From assembly GCA_964555585.1 (NCBI GenBank), contig CAZKSN010000002.1, forward strand, positions 1,293 through 65,292: a stretch of 64,000 bases of DNA, read 5' to 3'. This document shows, one piece after another, positions 59,642-64,000 of this stretch (position 1 is its first letter; each line of letters opens with the position of its first letter). The notes below the pieces were generated by a model. That model saw nothing but the letters and a program-made list of their open reading frames with translations, made no database searches and had not been told where the DNA came from. This stretch comes from an uncultured Muribaculaceae bacterium (GTDB taxonomy: Bacteria; Bacillota_I; Bacilli_A; RF39; UBA660). The position numbers and the translations under genes were made by a program.

Positions 59642-62472
59642 AAAGGTTAAATTTTGAAAAGATTAAAAAAAGTAAATTAAGTAAATTAAATTTTAAAAAA
59701 TCAAGGGTAAAAAAAGTAAAGGAACCTAAAGAAAAAAATTCTAAAATTAAAAGAAAAAAGAATAAATTACTGAATTTAATATTAATAGTAATTACAATAT
59801 TAGGCATTTGTGCAATATTGGTTACTGTTGGTTTTGGATATTACATAGTTAAAAGCGCACCTGAGTTTGATCCAACAAAACTATATGAAAAAGAAGCTAC
59901 ATTAATTTATGATGCTGAAAATAAACTTATTGCTACTTTAGGTACAGAAAAAAGAGAAAAAGTTACTTATGATGAACTACCTGAAATACTGGTTGATGCG
60001 ATAGTTGCAACAGAGGATTCAAGGTTTTTTCAACACAATGGATTTGATTTGCCAAGATTCTTAAAAGCTAGCTTAGGACAATTAATGGGTAACAGCAGTG
60101 CAGGTGGAGGTTCAACTCTTACAATGCAAGTATCAAAGAATACATTTACATCTGTTGAAGCAGAAGGTATTGCAGGAATAATTAGAAAATTCACCGATAT
60201 CTACATGGCAATATTTAAAATAGAAAAATATTATACAAAGGAAGAAATATTGGAATTTTATGTAAATGCTCCCTATTTAGGAAGCGGTGCTTATGGAGTT
60301 GAACAGGCCAGTCAAACTTTCTTTGGTAAAAGCGTTAATAACCTTTCACTACCTGAAGCTGCATTAATTGCAGGTTTATTTCAGGCTCCTGGAGCATATG
60401 ATCCTTATATTAATCCTGAAGCTGCTGAAGCAAGACGCAATCAGGTTTTAAACCTAATGGTGAGACATGGTTATATTTCTGAAAAAGAAGCTAATGCAGC
60501 TAAGGAAATATCAGTTGAAAGCCTACTCAGAGATGACTATACAACAGTTGTAAGTGAATATCAGGGATTCATTGATACAGTTGTGCAAGAGGTTATAGAT
60601 AATACTGGAAGTAATCCATATGACGTGCCTATGGAAATATATTCTACCATGGTTACGGAAAAACAAGATGTGATCAATGATCTATATAATGGAAGTCTTG
60701 GATATAAATTTAAAGATAATGTTGTTCAACTTGGAGTTGCAGTCATTGATAATGACTCTGGAGCTCTTATAGCAATCGGAGCCGGAAGAAATAAGACAAA
60801 AGAAATGACATTCAACTACGCTACAATGACAGATGCTCATCCAGGTTCAACAGCAAAACCTATATTTGATTACGGACCTGGAATAGAATATTTAAAATGG
60901 TCTACCTATACTCCATTCTTTGATGATAAAGAAACAAAATATTCAAGTGGAAAAAGAATGAACAACTGGGATGGAAAATTCATGGGAATGCTTTCTTTAT
61001 CTGATTGTTTGTCAAAATCAAGGAATACATGTGCTCTTCAAGCTTTTCAGCAAATAGACAATGCAAAAATATACGATTTTGTCACTTCATTGGGTATTAA
61101 ACCGGAAACTACTGGACTTGATGATACATTTATAAATGAGGCACATTCTGTAGGAGGATTTACTGGAGTGTCTCCAGTTCAATTGGCAGGTGCCTACACA
61201 GCATTTGCAAACGGTGGCTACTATACTAAACCATATTCATATACAAAAATAGTTCTTAGAGAAACTGATGAAGAATATGAGGCTGACGTTACAAAGAAAA
61301 GAGTTATGTCTCCTCAAACAGCATATCTAATTACAAATATATTGTTTGATGTAACACCTAGTACAGTAAAAGTATCTGGAACTCAGATTGCTACAAAGAC
61401 AGGTACTAGTAGTTATGATTCAGATTTATTAGAATCATTAGGTTTAACCACTTCAGTAATTAGAGACAGCTGGATCGCAACTTATAGTCCTGATTACACT
61501 ATGACCATGTGGTATGGATATGATAAAATAGATCAGGAAATGGTAAAAAATAAATATTACAACTTAATGAGTGCCACTACTGTACAGAGAAATAAAATAC
61601 AGGGATATTTGGTAAATAATATAATGGAAAAAAATTCTAAGTTTAAATCACCTGGAGGTGTAGTGAGTTCCAAAGTGGAATTTGGAACGATACCTGCTCA
61701 ACTGCCTAGTGATTATACTCCAAGTAGTTTAGTAAAATCATATTTATTTATCAGCGGAACAGAACCTACAGAAATATCAACCAGATATTCTAAGTTAACA
61801 AATCCTTCAAATGTTACTGTTGCTGAAGATCTGAACATTGTTAATATTTCTTGGACTTCTCCCGGAATTCCTTCTGCAATTGATACAGCATATTTAACAG
61901 ATTACTTTAATAATAATTATGGAGCATTCGCAACCAAATATTATAATGAAAGAATAACATATAATAATAAGAATATCGGCTCATTCGGATTTGACATATA
62001 TCTAGTACACGGAAATTCAAAAACTTATGTTGGATGGACTCAAAATACTAACTATAACGTTGATTTAACAAAATATTCAGGAACTTATGATTCAATACTT
62101 GTAAAATCTGCTTATTCAATATTTAAGTCCAATGCAAGTGAAGGAGTTAAAAAGAACTTGGAAAGTTATGAAGGAGCTCCCGTAATAAATATTTCATTTA
62201 ATCCAAAGAACCTATTAAAAGATGCAGCATGGCCAGGAATAAGTGAAAGTGAAATAGCTTCAATATCTATTACTGTAAATGGAGTAAATGTTACTGAATA
62301 CGATATAACAGATATCAATTTTCACTCAGCAATTAAAGACGGTGAAGAAATAACTTCAGTAAATGACATTACAAAAGCAGTCGGAGTATATCAGGTAAAA
62401 TATATTGTTTCAATAGATATCAATGGTACGATATATACAAAGACTATCACACAAACTGTAAATGTAACTTAA
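59638..62472 (+). CDS. ponA: Class A penicillin-binding protein 1A (transglycosylase/transpeptidase)
   Basis: GT51 motifs (EDSRFFQHNGFD) and transpeptidase SxxK (GSTAKP), SxN and KTGT motifs. Confidence 0.9.
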   Translation: MKRLNFEKIKKSKLSKLNFKKSRVKKVKEPKEKNSKIKRKKNKLLNLILIVITILGICAILVTVGFGYYIVKSAPEFDPTKLYEKEATLIYDAENKLIATLGTEKREKVTYDELPEILVDAIVATEDSRFFQHNGFDLPRFLKASLGQLMGNSSAGGGSTLTMQVSKNTFTSVEAEGIAGIIRKFTDIYMAIFKIEKYYTKEEILEFYVNAPYLGSGAYGVEQASQTFFGKSVNNLSLPEAALIAGLFQAPGAYDPYINPEAAEARRNQVLNLMVRHGYISEKEANAAKEISVESLLRDDYTTVVSEYQGFIDTVVQEVIDNTGSNPYDVPMEIYSTMVTEKQDVINDLYNGSLGYKFKDNVVQLGVAVIDNDSGALIAIGAGRNKTKEMTFNYATMTDAHPGSTAKPIFDYGPGIEYLKWSTYTPFFDDKETKYSSGKRMNNWDGKFMGMLSLSDCLSKSRNTCALQAFQQIDNAKIYDFVTSLGIKPETTGLDDTFINEAHSVGGFTGVSPVQLAGAYTAFANGGYYTKPYSYTKIVLRETDEEYEADVTKKRVMSPQTAYLITNILFDVTPSTVKVSGTQIATKTGTSSYDSDLLESLGLTTSVIRDSWIATYSPDYTMTMWYGYDKIDQEMVKNKYYNLMSATTVQRNKIQGYLVNNIMEKNSKFKSPGGVVSSKVEFGTIPAQLPSDYTPSSLVKSYLFISGTEPTEISTRYSKLTNPSNVTVAEDLNIVNISWTSPGIPSAIDTAYLTDYFNNNYGAFATKYYNERITYNNKNIGSFGFDIYLVHGNSKTYVGWTQNTNYNVDLTKYSGTYDSILVKSAYSIFKSNASEGVKKNLESYEGAPVINISFNPKNLLKDAAWPGISESEIASISITVNGVNVTEYDITDINFHSAIKDGEEITSVNDITKAVGVYQVKYIVSIDINGTIYTKTITQTVNVT

Positions 62473-62485
62473 AAAAGAACAATCG

Positions 62486-63139
62486 TTATTGATTGTTCTT
62501 TTCTTTATAATATCTACAAATATCTTTTAATAAACATTCACTGCATAAAGGCTTCTTAGCTGTGCATCTATATCTTCCAAAAAGAACTATTTGAAAATGA
62601 ACATTTGACCATATTTCTTTCGGAAAAAAATCCATTAATTTTTTTTCAATAGCCAGTACATCATCTTTTTCTTCTGCTAGAGCTAATCTTTTGCTGACCC
62701 TTGTAACATGAGTATCAACTGCAATGCAAGGTTCTCCATATATCTGAGATAGTATTAAATTAGTACTCTTTCTTCCAACACCGGATAAGCTTTCCAATAT
62801 GGCTCTATCATTAGGAACCTTACCTATTTTAATAAGTGACTCAACTATATTTTTAAAATGTTTTGCTTTATTCTTATATAATCCAATACTTTTTATTTTT
62901 TCTTCCACTTCAGATAAAGTCAACTGATTCAATTTTTCCAATGTATCATATTCTTTAAACAACTTTTCAGTTACCATATTTACTCTCTTATCTGTTGTCT
63001 GAGCACTTAACATAACTGCCAACACCAATTCATAGTCTTTTTTATAATTTAGTTCACATCTGGGATCAGGATAGTAGTAATTTAATGCCCCAATAATTTT
63101 ATCTTGTTTCATCATTATCCTCCAACCAGTTATAATCAA
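62486..63139 (-). CDS. nth: Endonuclease III
   Basis: HhH-GPD (LSGVGRKSTNLIL) and a C-terminal 4Fe-4S cluster C-x6-C-x2-C-x5-C. Confidence 0.9.
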   Translation of the reverse strand: MIITGWRIMMKQDKIIGALNYYYPDPRCELNYKKDYELVLAVMLSAQTTDKRVNMVTEKLFKEYDTLEKLNQLTLSEVEEKIKSIGLYKNKAKHFKNIVESLIKIGKVPNDRAILESLSGVGRKSTNLILSQIYGEPCIAVDTHVTRVSKRLALAEEKDDVLAIEKKLMDFFPKEIWSNVHFQIVLFGRYRCTAKKPLCSECLLKDICRYYKEKNNQ

Positions 63140-63713
63140 ATAATTCTATTTCATTTTCTTTAGAAAAACTTTTATTTATTTTTTTCTTATTCCATTCATA
63201 AATAATCTTATCTATGTATCTTAAATTCGTAACTCCATTTAATACAGCTTCCTTCAAAGCTTTTTTTATTAAATCCTCATCTATTTTTTTATCTAACCAG
63301 GAATTGATAGTCTCATATTCAATTGGAGACAATGTTCTGCCGAATTCATTTTCAAACATTAAAAAAATATCTGAATTATCTTTAACTTCATCTTTTTTAT
63401 TCAATATCAGTTTATCATAAAACACTTCAAGAGAAATCTCTTCTTCTAATTGTTTTCCATCCTTTTTTACTATAATTTCTATTAGATTTTTATTAATTAA
63501 ACTGTTAAATATATTCAGGACTTCTTCTTCAGTAAAATTTAAATATTTATTTATTAATTTTATATTTAAAGTATTTGAAATATTAATAAAATATAAAATT
63601 AGTAGAAATTCATTTAGATTAATATCTAGATTTTTAATATTTCTTAATAAAAATTCATTTACAACAAAAGCTTTACTCTTTATTACTTCCTTCATTTCTT
63701 TCATAAAAATCAC
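63099..63713 (-). CDS. dnaD: DnaD-domain replication initiation protein
   Basis: C-terminal DnaD-domain signature (LSPIEYETINSWL...). The dnaD-nth synteny is conserved. Confidence 0.7.
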   Translation of the reverse strand: MIFMKEMKEVIKSKAFVVNEFLLRNIKNLDINLNEFLLILYFINISNTLNIKLINKYLNFTEEEVLNIFNSLINKNLIEIIVKKDGKQLEEEISLEVFYDKLILNKKDEVKDNSDIFLMFENEFGRTLSPIEYETINSWLDKKIDEDLIKKALKEAVLNGVTNLRYIDKIIYEWNKKKINKSFSKENEIELFDYNWLEDNDETR

Positions 63714-63715
63714 CT

Positions 63716-64000
63716 TCAGTTATTTTCTATTATTTCATATATTTCAAGAATATTAAACCCCTTTTTTAAATAATCTTTATATTTTTGATATAATCTTCTT
63801 TCTTTTCTATTAAAAGGAAACTTATCACTTATTTTCATTTGAGAATACATTCCTATTCTACTGTTAAAAATTATAAAATCTTCTTTAATTCCAAAAAGCT
63901 TTTCCATATTGTTAATTTTTAAGAAATCTATAAATATTTTCGGATTGCTTTCAAATATCATATCCAGTTCTTCCTTTATCTTATTGAAACTGATTCTTCT
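63716..64000 (-). CDS. Hypothetical protein, possibly truncated at the window edge
   Basis: ORF only. Confidence 0.3.
   Translation of the reverse strand, partial: RRISFNKIKEELDMIFESNPKIFIDFLKINNMEKLFGIKEDFIIFNSRIGMYSQMKISDKFPFNRKERRLYQKYKDYLKKGFNILEIYEIIENN

Noticed and set aside
59550-59807. Minus-strand ORF 59550..59807 overlapping the recU/ponA junction
   Set aside because: Antisense to two conserved genes, with a hydrophobic low-complexity translation.
1-64000. Search for CRISPR arrays, tRNA genes and rRNA genes
   Set aside because: No regularly spaced direct repeats, no cloverleaf-compatible segments with conserved T-loop/anticodon features, and no rRNA-like sequence were seen. Intergenic spacers are short and AT-rich.

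Overview
This window is a very AT-rich (roughly 25% GC by eye) chromosomal segment from a low-GC, endospore-forming Firmicute (Clostridia-like). Supporting markers are SpoIIP, YqfC/YqfD, PolC, Firmicute-type DnaB/DnaD/DnaI and RecU-PonA. It is mostly densely packed housekeeping genes. DNA repair and replication are well represented: uvrC, mutL, polA, polC, dnaB-dnaI, dnaD-nth, recO and recU. Translation genes include rpsT, rpmF, rpsU and rpsB-tsf. Cell-envelope and division genes include mraZ-rsmH-ftsL-PBP2B, murG-ftsQ and ponA, with pyrG, pyrB, ppdK and tdk also present. No tRNA, rRNA or CRISPR array was seen. The main hunt result is at 44.97-47.36 kb. There, a C39-peptidase/ABC bacteriocin exporter is translationally coupled to two small ORFs of 44 and 53 aa that are missing from the ORF track. 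Both small ORFs carry homologous double-glycine-type leaders (MLxxEEL...GG/AG) and their cores contain GxxxG/AxxxA motifs. I read this as a compact two-peptide (class IIb-like) bacteriocin operon with its own promoter and terminators. A second candidate accessory islet lies at 14.6-17.8 kb. It holds a topoisomerase-type zinc-ribbon protein with a GreA-C-like tail, a 624-aa orphan protein ending in an Rx4H (HEPN-like) motif, and a frameshifted HTH gene. Other observations are a SirA-like ORF next to yneF, an S2 protein with a Rho-N/SAP-like C-terminal extension, two paralogous HExxH proteins, a pyrG leader hairpin, and a split dcw cluster.
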